A stretch of 64,000 nt of DNA from an uncultured delta proteobacterium (GTDB lineage Bacteria > Desulfobacterota > Binatia > Bin18): NCBI GenBank assembly GCA_963733195.1, contig CAVTCR010000059.1:1-64000 (forward strand), read 5' to 3'. Positions 31,613 through 41,862 of the stretch are shown in pieces. The translations under genes and the position numbers were made by a program. Below the pieces are notes generated by a model. It was not told where the DNA came from. It saw only the letters and a program-made list of their open reading frames with translations, and ran no database searches. Each line of letters begins with the position of its first letter. Position 1 is the stretch's first letter.

Positions 31613-32587
31613 ATGGGCGCACGTATCATTGGCACTGGCTCTGCCGTGCCGCCGACCTGTTTGACAAACGCGGACATGGAAAAACGTGTCGCAACCAGTA
31701 ATGACTGGATTGTCACGCGTACTGGCATTGAAGAACGACGGGCAATGAAACAGCGAGAAGATATTCTCGACCTGATGCACGAGGCGAGTGTGCAAGCGTT
31801 GCAAGCGTCTGGACTGAAAGCCAGCGACTTGCAAGCCATCGTCGTTGCCACGGTTTCTGGAGATTATTATTTTCCTTCGACGGCATGTCTGCTTCAAGCG
31901 CGACTCGGGGTTGATACGATTCCTGCTTTTGACGTGAATGCCGCGTGTGCTGGATTTGTCTATGGCATGTCCGTCGTGCACAGCTATGCCAAGAGTGGTG
32001 ACTATGGTCGCATGCTCCTGGTAGGTGCTGATGCTCTCAGTACGATGGTGAACTGGGAGGACCGTGGTACCTGCGTGTTATTTGGCGATGGTGCGGGAGC
32101 TATTGTGTTGGACGTCCAACCTGGTAACCGTGGGTTACTTAGTACAGTCATTGAGTCAAACGGTGCGTTATGGGAGCTGTTGTACGTTCGCTCTGGTCAT
32201 CGTCAGGCTTTCGACCAAGAAGGAGCGCACCCCAAAGAATGGGGCATTCAGATGAAAGGGCCAGAGTTGTTCAAGGTTGCCGTGCGTTCGTTATCTGATG
32301 TCGCAAGTAAAGCGCTTGAGCGTGCCGGGCTGGCGGCGACCGATATGCATCTGATGATTCCGCATCAAGCCAATCTGCGCATTATTAAAGCTGTAGCTGA
32401 TCGTATGGGTGTAGGCATGGACAAGGTGTATTGCAATGTCCAGCGCTTCGGTAACACCTCTGCTGCATCGATTCCTATCGCACTCGACGAAGCGGTACGC
32501 CAAGGCAAGATCCGCGACAATGACATTGTCGTCCTTAATGCCTGCGGTGGTGGATTGACGTGGGGAGCATCGGTTGTACGGTGGTAA
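31613..32587 (+). CDS. fabH: Beta-ketoacyl-ACP synthase III
   Basis: RTGI, AACAGF, FGDGAGA, PHQAN, GNTSAAS. Confidence 0.93.
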   Translation: MGARIIGTGSAVPPTCLTNADMEKRVATSNDWIVTRTGIEERRAMKQREDILDLMHEASVQALQASGLKASDLQAIVVATVSGDYYFPSTACLLQARLGVDTIPAFDVNAACAGFVYGMSVVHSYAKSGDYGRMLLVGADALSTMVNWEDRGTCVLFGDGAGAIVLDVQPGNRGLLSTVIESNGALWELLYVRSGHRQAFDQEGAHPKEWGIQMKGPELFKVAVRSLSDVASKALERAGLAATDMHLMIPHQANLRIIKAVADRMGVGMDKVYCNVQRFGNTSAASIPIALDEAVRQGKIRDNDIVVLNACGGGLTWGASVVRW

Positions 32588-32590
32588 AAC

Positions 32591-33630
32591 GTGCCACCAA
32601 CGGATTCTGCGCTGACCCCTGCTATTGCTACTCTCTTACAGAAACGCTTGTTGTTCTTCGTTGGAAAAGGCGGAGTCGGAAAGACTACCGTTGCCGTCAG
32701 TACTGCGCTTGCGTTTGCGCGTCACGGAAAGAAAACTCTTCTTATTGAGTTTGATGAGAATACACGCGCAGCGCGGCTGCTTGGCTTTCCTTCGCTAGAG
32801 CACGATCATCGAGAGCCACGTTCGTTTTCTCTATCACTTTCAGTGCTTTCGACTGGTGGCGCTGTCGCTCTGGAAGAATACTTGCGGTTGATTATCCCGG
32901 TCAAACCGCTCCTGCGGGCCATCGTCGAGAGTCGTGCGTATCAGTATTTTGTTGCAGCCGCCCCAGGACTCAAGGAATTATTAACCATGGGGAAAGTCTG
33001 GTACGAAGAGCGCAAGCGTGATCCGCAGACGCAACAACCACTGTGGGACATCCTCTTGGTAGACCTACCTGCCACTGGGCACAGCCTGCAGTATTTGCAA
33101 ATGCCGCATGCCGCTCATGAAGCATTCGGCGGTATCGTCGGCTATGAGGCTGACCGCATCTTGTCGCTCCTTCGTGACACAGAAAAAACCGCGATCAATT
33201 TTGTCACGACAGCGGATGAGTTAGCCGTCAGCGAAACTCAAGATGCCTATCAACAAGTTGCACAAGAATTACACTTGCCAAGTGGAGTGTTGTTCATTAA
33301 TCGCCTTCATCACGCCCCGCTTTCGACACAGGGTATTGATGTCCTGAAGGCGTGCGTCGTCTGCCTCGCCATCCGAGCGACGTGTTGTCGAGCAAATCCT
33401 GAAGTGTGGCCAGGAGGAAGCGGCATTAGCGGAAGCACAGGCTGTTCGGTTACAGCCGTTGGTAACTCTCCCACTTCCTACGATACGACTACCATTTTCT
33501 CCTGTCGCAGAGTTCGATGTCACAACTGTCGAGCAGCTTTCTCACGTGGTGATCCCGTTGCCTACTGAGACAACAGCGGACTCTCCCGACAAAAGAAAGA
33601 AAACTAAATCTGTTTCGTTACGGCGTTCAT
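32591..33630 (+). CDS. ArsA/Get3-like ATPase (frameshifted C-terminus)
   Basis: GKGGVGKTT, APGLKE, DLPATGH, INR. Confidence 0.85.
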
Positions 33631-34834
33631 GAGAGAGAAAAAACAGCAAACTGACCTGGCTTCTGTGATTGCTGCCCATCGTGTGGTGGTCTGTGTTGGC
33701 AGTGGTGGTGTCGGTAAAACGACAACTGCGGCGTCACTGGCTCTCTGGGGAGCACTCTCCGGGCGGCAGACGGCTGTGGTCACCATCGACCCAACGAAAC
33801 GTCTGGCCGACTGTTTTGGCATTGATCCAACTAACGCCCAGGGGAAACCTGTGCCACTCGAGATGTTTCAGGCCTACGGTTTGACCCCGCGAGGTACGTT
33901 AACCGCACTGCTTATCGATCAACCAAGTGCGTGGGATGCCGCTATTAGCCGCTACGCGCCAACTGCAGAAGTTCGCGATCGTATTCTGGCCAATCGATTT
34001 TATCAGGGACTGTCGCGCACGTTCGCAGGCTCACATGAATACATCGCGCTCGACACGCTGGCGTCACTCGTTCAGCAAGGCACGTACGACCTGATTGTGG
34101 TTGATACTCCTCCGGTCCGCCAAGCCTTAGATTTCCTTGAAGCCCCACAGCGGTTGCAGCGATTCCTCGACAGCCGTGCTCGCAAATGGTTTCTTCGTCC
34201 CACTGGTGGTTGGAATATTTTCTCGGCAATGAACAAAACCACTGCCTTTCTTTTACGAAAAATTGAGGAAGCCACAGGCATTTCTGCTTTGGCTGAGATT
34301 TCAGACTTTTTTACTACTATGCAGGGGATGTTTGATGATTTCGGCGAGCGTTTTCAGCGCGTCAGTTCTCTACTTGCGAGCGAGGAAACCGCATTCGTCC
34401 TTGTTTCTACACTTGAGCAAGAAGTGTTGACTGAGGCGACGCAATTTTTGACCGGCTTAGACCGCCTAAAAATTGCTCTAAAGGCGGTGATCTTTAACCG
34501 CACCCATGAGGAACCATCTACGCGGATCTCTGAAGAAAAAGTTGAAGCCTCGCTCATTAAGCAACTGTCCCGTACCGTCCAGCCTTCCCTGGCGAACTCT
34601 GCTTATAGCGAGTGGCTGGTGAAGAACTTTCTTGCTCATCAAACTCTAGCTACTGGAGAAGCTATCCGTTTTTCTCAGTTCGTTAATAACCTGTCACCCG
34701 CAACACCAGTTGTTCGTGTTCCGGTGTTGCCTGCGTTTCCCGGGGACTTTGGCGGGTTGATCAGTCTTTGCTCGTATTTATTCCCGGCAGCGAGAAGATC
34801 ACAACCCCACCGCAAGAGCAGGAGCAAAGAGTAG
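33629..34834 (+). CDS. ArsA/Get3-like ATPase, second subunit
   Basis: GSGGVGKTT, TIDPTKRLA, AGSHEY, DTPP, FLEAP. Confidence 0.88.
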   Translation: MREKKQQTDLASVIAAHRVVVCVGSGGVGKTTTAASLALWGALSGRQTAVVTIDPTKRLADCFGIDPTNAQGKPVPLEMFQAYGLTPRGTLTALLIDQPSAWDAAISRYAPTAEVRDRILANRFYQGLSRTFAGSHEYIALDTLASLVQQGTYDLIVVDTPPVRQALDFLEAPQRLQRFLDSRARKWFLRPTGGWNIFSAMNKTTAFLLRKIEEATGISALAEISDFFTTMQGMFDDFGERFQRVSSLLASEETAFVLVSTLEQEVLTEATQFLTGLDRLKIALKAVIFNRTHEEPSTRISEEKVEASLIKQLSRTVQPSLANSAYSEWLVKNFLAHQTLATGEAIRFSQFVNNLSPATPVVRVPVLPAFPGDFGGLISLCSYLFPAARRSQPHRKSRSKE

Positions 34835-34914
34835 TACTTCATCAGCCTTTCTGACTCTGCCGACTAAAAAATAGTTCCTGATAGTGGCAGCGATGTGTTG
34901 GCTGGAGCTTATGA

Positions 34915-35767
34915 TCATTCTTCACTAAAAAATGTGAGTAGCTGTTCAGTGAGATACTCTGGTTGTTCCTCCGAAATCCAGTGGCCGCATTTATCAATCT
35001 CACCACCACGAACATTTTCCGCCAAGGTTTGCATGGTCGTGAGCGTACGTTTGCCGAAAGCTATACTTGCCGCCGAGCGCGAGCACGGGCATCTTTAATT
35101 TTGTCTTTGCGTTCTCGGTATTGTGTTCAACATCAGTCCAAAGCGCACGGTAGTATTCAAATCCCGCTCGCATTCCACCCGGAGCTGCATAACAGCGAAC
35201 GTATTCATCAATGTCTTCTTCTTCGATAGCCGTAGGATTATAGGCTGTACGATAAAACCAGGTGAGGTATTCACGCTCTTTTCCTGCGACCAGGATTTCA
35301 GGTAAGTCGCGAACGCCATGAAACGACATGTGCCATAGGCCACCGCGCGGAGACGCTTGTGGGATTTTTTCCAAGCCTGCACCAGGAATTGGTACGTCGA
35401 GGATAACGAGGCGGCGGACATCGTCAGGGTGCGCGGCTGCATAGGCATAGGCAACTGGGCCGCCCCAATCATGCCCGACCAGAAAGATGCGTTGAAAACC
35501 AAGCTTCTGCACAAGTTGGTAGATGTCCGCAGCGATCGTGCGTTTATCGTAGCCGGTAGCGGGTTTCGATGAATCTCCAAGACCCCTCATATCAGGCGCG
35601 ATGACGGTGTAGCGTTCTGCTAGCGTAGGGATAATTTTTCTCCATTGATACCACGTCTCTGGCCAGCCATGGAGCAGAACGACCGGATCACCTTGACCAG
35701 CAGTGACGTAGTGCAAGCGGACATCATTGACGAAGGTGGTGTGATGAGTGACGAATGGAGCAGTCAT
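34915..35767 (-). CDS. Alpha/beta hydrolase (epoxide hydrolase-like), frameshifted
   Basis: LHGWPE, APDMRGLGDS, GHDWGG, YYRA; C-terminal GHWISEEQP in a shifted frame. Confidence 0.88.
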
Positions 35768-35977
35768 GTGTGCTTCTCCTTCTCTCCGGCTACGAAAGCA
35801 GAGCAAAGCTCCTTTCGTCAAGCGCCCGGTGGTGGCAAGGGCCGTGTCTGACTGTTATCGTTTTTATCGTCCGTGATAATGTGAAAGAGCATACTAACAT
35901 CCAGGCTATGGACAGTAAGGGGGGAACCGTGGCAAGAGCCGCTACTCGGGAAAGCTCACACTCACAAAGCTATACTA

Positions 35978-36962
35978 GACATTATGCGGAATAACTTTCG
36001 CTCATGTTCGCAGCCGCCGTTTGCGATAACGTACGCGGAGATTGTGTAACCCACAGGCGACAACCATTACTAAATCTGACAGGTCCGTTTTGGTATTGCG
36101 CAAGACGTCCTTCACGATCCGGGAGCGTTTCACGCCAAGCCAAAGCATGCTCCACGCGAACCCGGACACGGGACAGTTTTTGCGGTTGTGGCGCTTTTGC
36201 CACGGGTTAACGCGCCCTTGCGCGGCTTTTTTTCGGCTGGTGGGTCTGCTGCACTTTGGGGGCGTACCCCTGAAAGCCGGTGTCCTGATACAGGATTGTT
36301 CCCCGTGGATAGCGAAGCGGTTCGGTATCGACGATCTTTTTGTCATGCATTGTCCCGGCATACGTCTGACTCAAATAGCCCACGCGCTTGGTCTTGGCAT
36401 TGACCACCACGATGTTCTTGTCACTATGCGTTTTCTGCTTGCCGCTGTAGTGCAAGGCCTGTTGGGCCGGGTTTTTCAGGACGCTGCCGCCGCCGATCGG
36501 TCCCGTCAATAATCAGCTTCGCCCGCTTCCTGGTGGCGGCGTTCATAGCGTGCAAACTTGTCAGGCTCCCGAGTCGGCAAGACGTCCAACTCGTCCAACG
36601 CTTGCTTCAGAATCGGCAGCAACCGCTGGAGCCACCGGTTCACGCGTGACTGGCTCAGTCCAAAAATCTCGGCCAGCACCACCTGCAGAGGATAGGTCTT
36701 CTGATACACCAAGCTAAACAGCAGTTTCTGCTCCGTCGTCCTCAGCTGCCCTTTGCGACCACCTCCCGCCTGTCGCTTGCGGATACTGCCGTCCGCCGTT
36801 TTGTCCTCCGGGTACACGGTCGCATAGGCGGTGCGAAACGCCTGATGCAACACGACAAACTCTTTGCGTGTCAGCCCCGTCAACGCCAACAATCGTCGTC
36901 GGTCTTTTTTCAGTCGGTTATATTCAAGCACCCACCCATTGTAGCTTATTTCGCATAATGTC
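35978..36962 (-). mobile_element. IS5-family (ISL2-like) insertion sequence, about 985 bp
   Basis: Terminal IRs GACATTATGCGGAATAA and GACATTATGCGAAATAA (1 mismatch), each flanked by TA. Confidence 0.88.
36002..36931 (-). CDS. DDE_Tnp_4-like transposase (in frameshifted pieces)
   Basis: LTGL, GGRK, LAEIFG.SQS HTH; YSGKQKTH, GTMHD, DTGFQG, RVRVEH, ACGLHN. Confidence 0.85.
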
Positions 36963-37109
36963 TACTCAGCCAAATTGAGACTTTTCGTAAAATCGTCCTA
37001 AATCCACTCAGTCATGCAACGCCAACAACAGTGACTCGTATGGAGATTCAAGGGGCAATTGATGCGGTGGAGGCGTTAAAGCTCTGGGCATCCCGCTGAG
37101 TTTGTAACG

Positions 37110-37185
37110 GTGTCTTTTGAGATCATCAGCGAGATTACCGACATTGAGCCAATAGCCATTGGGAATTCTATTTGTGACCATTCTT
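37110..37185 (+). pseudogene. N-terminal remnant of a small putative TA-associated protein
   Basis: GTG...MSFEIISEITDIEPIAIGNSI resembles a recurrent FEIIGEITDIETIAVG family (recalled, not searched). It is truncated against the convergent PIN gene. Confidence 0.45.
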
Positions 37186-37189
37186 GGTT

Positions 37190-37630
37190 AAGATATCCTA
37201 GATACGCCACTTTTGCCGCAACCCAACTCCCAAGGTCCGCAGGAAGTCAACGGGCCGCACTATTGGAATACCTTGATAAGATTTGAGGTCACGCAAATGA
37301 CGATCACCAGACACGATCACATCGGCCTTTCCCTCAACCGCACACTCCAAGATGCGATTGTCATCTGGGTCGTTACTGATGACATCGAGCGAGGTGCGAG
37401 GAACGATGATCTCTCCTATCTTGCTCAGCAGCTTTAAGCGTGTTGGTAATGCGGCGCTCGTCCCACTGAAACGTCACGTAACGCCTTTCCTACTTCGGAA
37501 ATAATGGCGGGAAGAGACAAGAAGTTGGTAACGGCGATCCCTGCCGCCCGCCATAGGGGAGCGACACGCCCATGTGGGTGCGTCAGTGCCGAAACGAGAA
37601 CGTTCGTATCAAGAACGGCTCTGATTTCGC
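37190..37630 (-). CDS. PIN-family putative toxin (frameshifted)
   Basis: IRAVLDTNVLVSAL...IISE...DPDDNRILECAVEGKADVIVSGD. Confidence 0.8.
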
Positions 37631-37971
37631 CTCCGTGCGCGGTGCTCATGAATAATCCGGTCTATATCTTTCTCTTTAATGCCAAGCTTTTTAGACTGAG
37701 CTTCCGCGTAGCGGTTTAACTCCTCTTCTTCTCTGTCCATCTCTTCTTGAGTCATAGGACGAAGGCGCTCTTCCTCTTTTGCTTCTCGGATGAGACGCAT
37801 CGCCCATGCCTCGTCGTATTGCTCTTCTTGCTTACGGTAGCGCTCATAAACGCGCACCATTTCGCGAAAGAGTTCGCTTTTCGTGCGGCGCTCTGCCTTC
37901 GCGATACGCGCGACCTGGCGGGCAATAATAGGAGGAACGGAAAAGCCAATGGTTTCTGTAATTCTTGCCAT
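37609..37971 (-). CDS. CopG/RHH antitoxin
   Basis: TIGFSVPP...AKAERRTKSELFREMVR...GIKEKDIDRIIHE. Confidence 0.8.
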   Translation of the reverse strand: MARITETIGFSVPPIIARQVARIAKAERRTKSELFREMVRVYERYRKQEEQYDEAWAMRLIREAKEEERLRPMTQEEMDREEEELNRYAEAQSKKLGIKEKDIDRIIHEHRARRRNQSRS

Positions 37972-37974
37972 ATG

Positions 37975-38027
37975 TTTCCAGTTCAACTTAGCTAAATTCA
38001 TTGTAGGGAACTGGAAAAAAACGTCAA
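37975..38027 (-). promoter_or_regulatory. TA promoter with an inverted-repeat operator
   Basis: Minus strand TTGACG-N16-TACAAT. IR TTTCCAGTTC (37975-84) / GAACTGGAAA (38008-17) straddles the -10 box. Confidence 0.6.
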
Positions 38028-38061
38028 GAAAAGAAAATCTTTAGGAAGTTCTATCCGCATT

Positions 38062-38089
38062 GTAGAGACGTAACTTGCTACGTCTCTAC
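38062..38089. repeat. Intergenic GTAG-type REP palindrome
   Basis: GTAGAGACGTAACTTGCTACGTCTCTAC, followed by another REP half CATTCTCGCGAAAGCGGGAATCCAG at ~38129. Confidence 0.75.
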
Positions 38090-38189
38090 GGATTTTTCAT
38101 TGCCAAGGATGCATCGCAGGTGAATGAACATTCTCGCGAAAGCGGGAATCCAGTTTTGCTCAACGTAATTAGAATTTGCCCTCATTTGG

Positions 38190-39796
38190 TCACTGACTGC
38201 TGATCGCTGATTCCCGTAACGCCAACACACTTCCTTCTCCATCTCCGGCAATGTAAATCGTGCCATCTGATCCGACCGCGAGTCCGCCGGAGAAATCCAT
38301 TGGGCCGCGTGAACAGCCAGGTGGATCGCCAACCGGTAAGATGATGCGCAATCACCTGCGCTTTTTTGATGCCAGATCAACCGCGCTGAAGTTCTTTGCT
38401 CCCTCGATCAAGAACCAACAGCGAACCCTGTCGCAGAGCAAGTCCTTTAGGTTTATCTAGACCATCAATCACTGAAGAAGTTTTCCCTGCACTATCGACT
38501 CGCGTTACTCGCCCATTTCCTTCTTCGCTAACGAAAACTGTTCCGTCATCTGCCGCAACCACTTCACCTGGTTGTGCAAGCCCTTCTGCAATGTCCGATA
38601 CCTGTCCAGCCGGGTCAACGCGTAGCAACTTGCTCGGTTCCAGCCTCTGCTACGATAACCGCTCCATCTGTCAGACGAGCAAGACCATACGGGTTCTTCA
38701 GTTTACGAGCGAGCATATTGAATGGTCGTCCGTCCGGAAAATACTGCACGACATCACCCGCAATGGTTGTGAGCCATAATTCACCAGGTGCACCAGCAGC
38801 AAGGCTCCGCACGAATCCTGGGAAACTGTTGTCCAATAAGCCACCAAGTCGACCAATGGTTTTATCAGGGGAAAGGACAGCCAAACTCAGGCCATCGTTG
38901 AGATACAATTGTCCGCTAGCGCCGCAGGCGATTCCCCAGGGACCGACAAGCCCTGGCGGTACGAGTGTCCGCTCAGTATTGCTTCCGTCGGTAGCGACTT
39001 CTGCAACACCACCATCAACAAAGTGTGAGATAAACATGCGATTGTCTGGATGAAAAGCAAAGTTATCGATTCCCGGTCGGACTTTAGCAATGACGGTTTT
39101 TGTCCCGCTTTGCACGTCAATACGTACCACCTCACCATTACCAGCTTGTGGCACGATCAATTCACCTTTGCGATTAAACTTCACTGCCGGTGGCGATTTG
39201 AGGCCATCGACAACTTTCTCACGTGCTCCGGTTTCGATATCGACACGCCATACTTCACCTTGTGGAACCAACGGAAAATACAACTTCCCATCAGGTCCAA
39301 CCATCAACGCATTTGGCCCACGCAGATCGTCAGCGATTAACCGCGGTGCTTGACCGGAATGTGGATACAGTTCAAAGATACGACCACCACGACGAAACTC
39401 GTCGATAAAGACCCGATCGTTGTGGATCGTGATACCATTCGCACCCGGCAAGTCATCGTTGACGATGCGAGTCTTTCCATCTGGTGTACGCGCACATACA
39501 CGCGCACTCATCACTTCGGTTACGTACATCGTGCCGTATGAGTCGAATGCGACATCGTCTGGCGCGACGATTGGTCCACCAACAGGTGAAATCACTTCGA
39601 GTGCGCCACTCTTGATATTCACTGCGGTGATCTGACTACCAAAAGCTTGCGTCACATAGAGACGACCGTCTGGGCCGAATTGCATGCCGTTCGCTCCATA
39701 TAGCCCACTTGCAGGTAATAATCGTGTAATCTGCCAGCCTGGTGCAGTCTGTGGTTCACGAGCATCAGAACCACGTAACATTTGGTATCTATTCAT
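38190..39796 (-). CDS. SMP-30/gluconolactonase/LRE-family double beta-propeller protein (frameshifted)
   Basis: GANGMQFGPDGRLYV, PDDVAFD, GPNAL..GPDGKLY, GIDNFAF and similar repeated blades. Confidence 0.8.
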
Positions 39797-39856
39797 AATT
39801 TTCCTCCTTGGGACAATATCACTCACCGAAAGCTGGCGCTGTCAATATTCCGACAG

Positions 39857-41285
39857 CTAGTGATTTCCCTTCTCTATCGCTTTGTGTAAGTGGTCCTCCA
39901 ACACTCGTGCCACACAACAGGTGAGTCTTTTCCCAGTTGCGATATCGAGAAACTCGTTCGGTCCATGTGCGTTTGACCGAGGACCAAGGACTCCGGTAAT
40001 CACAAACTGCGCACGAGGGAATTTCTCACCCAGCATTGCCATGAACGGGATCGTTCCCCCCTCACCCCAATAGCATGCTTCTTTACCGAAATAATCAAGC
40101 GATGCTTGCTTGAGCGATTTCTCTAGCCACGGCTCAAGCGGTGGCGCATTCCAACCAAACGCGCATTGTTCGGCTGACAAACGTTACTTTCGCGCCATAC
40201 GGTGGATCTTTCTCAAAAAGCTGCTTGAGAAAGGTTGTTGCAGCGTTGGCATCAGCAGTTGGTGGAAGACGGAGCGAGATTTTTGCTGCCGTGACTGGCC
40301 GCAGGACATTGCCAGACTTATCAAGTGGCGGAAGTCCGGCTGCGCCGGTAATGCCCAATTGCGGACGCCAGGTGCGATTCAGTAAAAGTTCTTTGATGTC
40401 GTTCACAACTGGTTTTGCCCCTGACTGAAATGGATACTCACTGTACACGCTTGCCCCTAACACTTGTGCTGCTGCGTCCGCTTGCTGCAAACGCTCCTCA
40501 GGAACTGAGACATACAACTCCTTAGGCAAAATCTCACCTGTTTGTTCGTTTTCTAAACGACTCAGCAATTGGCGGAGGATGCGAAACGTTGAAGGCACTA
40601 TCCCACTGGCTGCACCAGAGTGCACACCTTCAGTAAGTGTGGAGGCAGTAAGATTGCCATTGGCCAACCCACGCAACGAGGTCGTGATCCACAATTGCTC
40701 ATAATTGCCACACCCAGAATCAAGGCAGATGACCAAACTCGGAGTGCCAATGCGATCTTTGAGCGCTTCAACATAATGTGGTAGATCGAAACTTCCGCTC
40801 TCTTCGCAAGCTTCGATGAGAATTACGCAGCGTGCGTGTGGAATGTCTTGCTGCTTCAGAGCCTGGATCGCGGTCAGTGAGGCAAAAGCTGAATAGCCGT
40901 CGTCTGCACCTCCACGTCCATACAAGCGGCCATCTTTGATAACTGGCTTCCACGGTCCCAGTCCCTCGTTCCAGCCTTCCATCGGCGGTTGTTTATCAAG
41001 ATGACCATAAAGCAGAACGGTTTCTTTCGAGTCACCTGGAATCTCGACAAAGATGAGCGGTGTGCGTTTTTCCAGGCGAATAATGTCGAGCACGAGCCCA
41101 GGAATCTTTTGCATTCGAATCCAATTGGCAATCAGGTCAGTAGCCTGGTCCATATAACCGTTTGTGTTCCAGTTGGGATCGTAGGCAGGAGATTGGTTGG
41201 GAATAGCGAGGTACTCCTGTAGAGCTGGGACGATGCTGTTGTTCCATTGCTCTTCGACGTAGTGACGAGTTTTTTTGATATCCAT
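39857..41285 (-). CDS. M20/M25/M40 metallopeptidase (one frameshift)
   Basis: YGHLDKQP, YGRGGADDG, EACEES, GEGGTIP, NAHGPNE. Confidence 0.9.
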
Positions 41286-41417
41286 AGAAGTGCATTCTCC
41301 TTCATCGTCGTCTTGCAGACCAGAATGGGTTGCTATTGTACCCTCTTGACGACAAGATTGTCAGATGAATAGTGATCAAAGAGGACTACGAAACTCATTT
41401 CGTTTGTGGAGGTGTTT

Positions 41418-41771
41418 ATGGAACGACTTCTCGTCTATCACAACCCCGGCTGAGGGCAGTCACGTGGAGCGCTCGATATACTAAAGGAGCGCGGCGTCGA
41501 GTTCGACGTTATCGAATATCTCAAGAACCCACTGGACCGAGCGACATTTGAACGAATTATGGATATGTTGCCCAATCCGCCGGCGGACCTGGTTCGCAAG
41601 GATAAAAACTTTGAGTCCCTTGGCCTTGATGCGAAGAAGTATGAGACGCGCGAGGCAGTGATCGATTTATTGTTACAGCACCCAGTGCTAATGCAACGAC
41701 CGATCATCATTCGCGGGCAGAAGGCAGTACTTGCCCGACCGTCGGAGAAGGTATTGGAACTGCTGGCCTAG
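41418..41771 (+). CDS. ArsC-family (thioredoxin-fold) reductase, probable selenoprotein
   Basis: RBS GGAGG, then ATG 41418 giving MERLLVYHNPG-TGA(41451)-GQSRGALDILKERGVEFDVIEYLK... in frame with ORF 41559-41771 (LMQRPII). UGA aligns with the catalytic Cys of HNPxCxxSR. Confidence 0.8.
41454..41497 (+). other. Candidate bacterial SECIS hairpin
   Basis: GCGCTC (41469-74) / GAGCGC (41487-92) stem. The loop starts with G, 21 nt after the UGA. Lower stem ACGT/GCGT. Confidence 0.6.
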
Positions 41772-41862
41772 AAAGTTGTCAGGTGCCAGGGCTCAGGTGT
41801 CGATGCGGAAAAGGCTGTAGGCTACAGGGGAGTTCACAATGTGAATTTCCAGCTTTTTCCCA

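Noticed and set aside
32591-41771. Arsenic resistance system (ArsA-like pair plus ArsC-like gene)
   Set aside because: The genes are about 7 kb apart, with no arsR/B/D or acr3. The ATPases are of the single-domain non-arsenic type.
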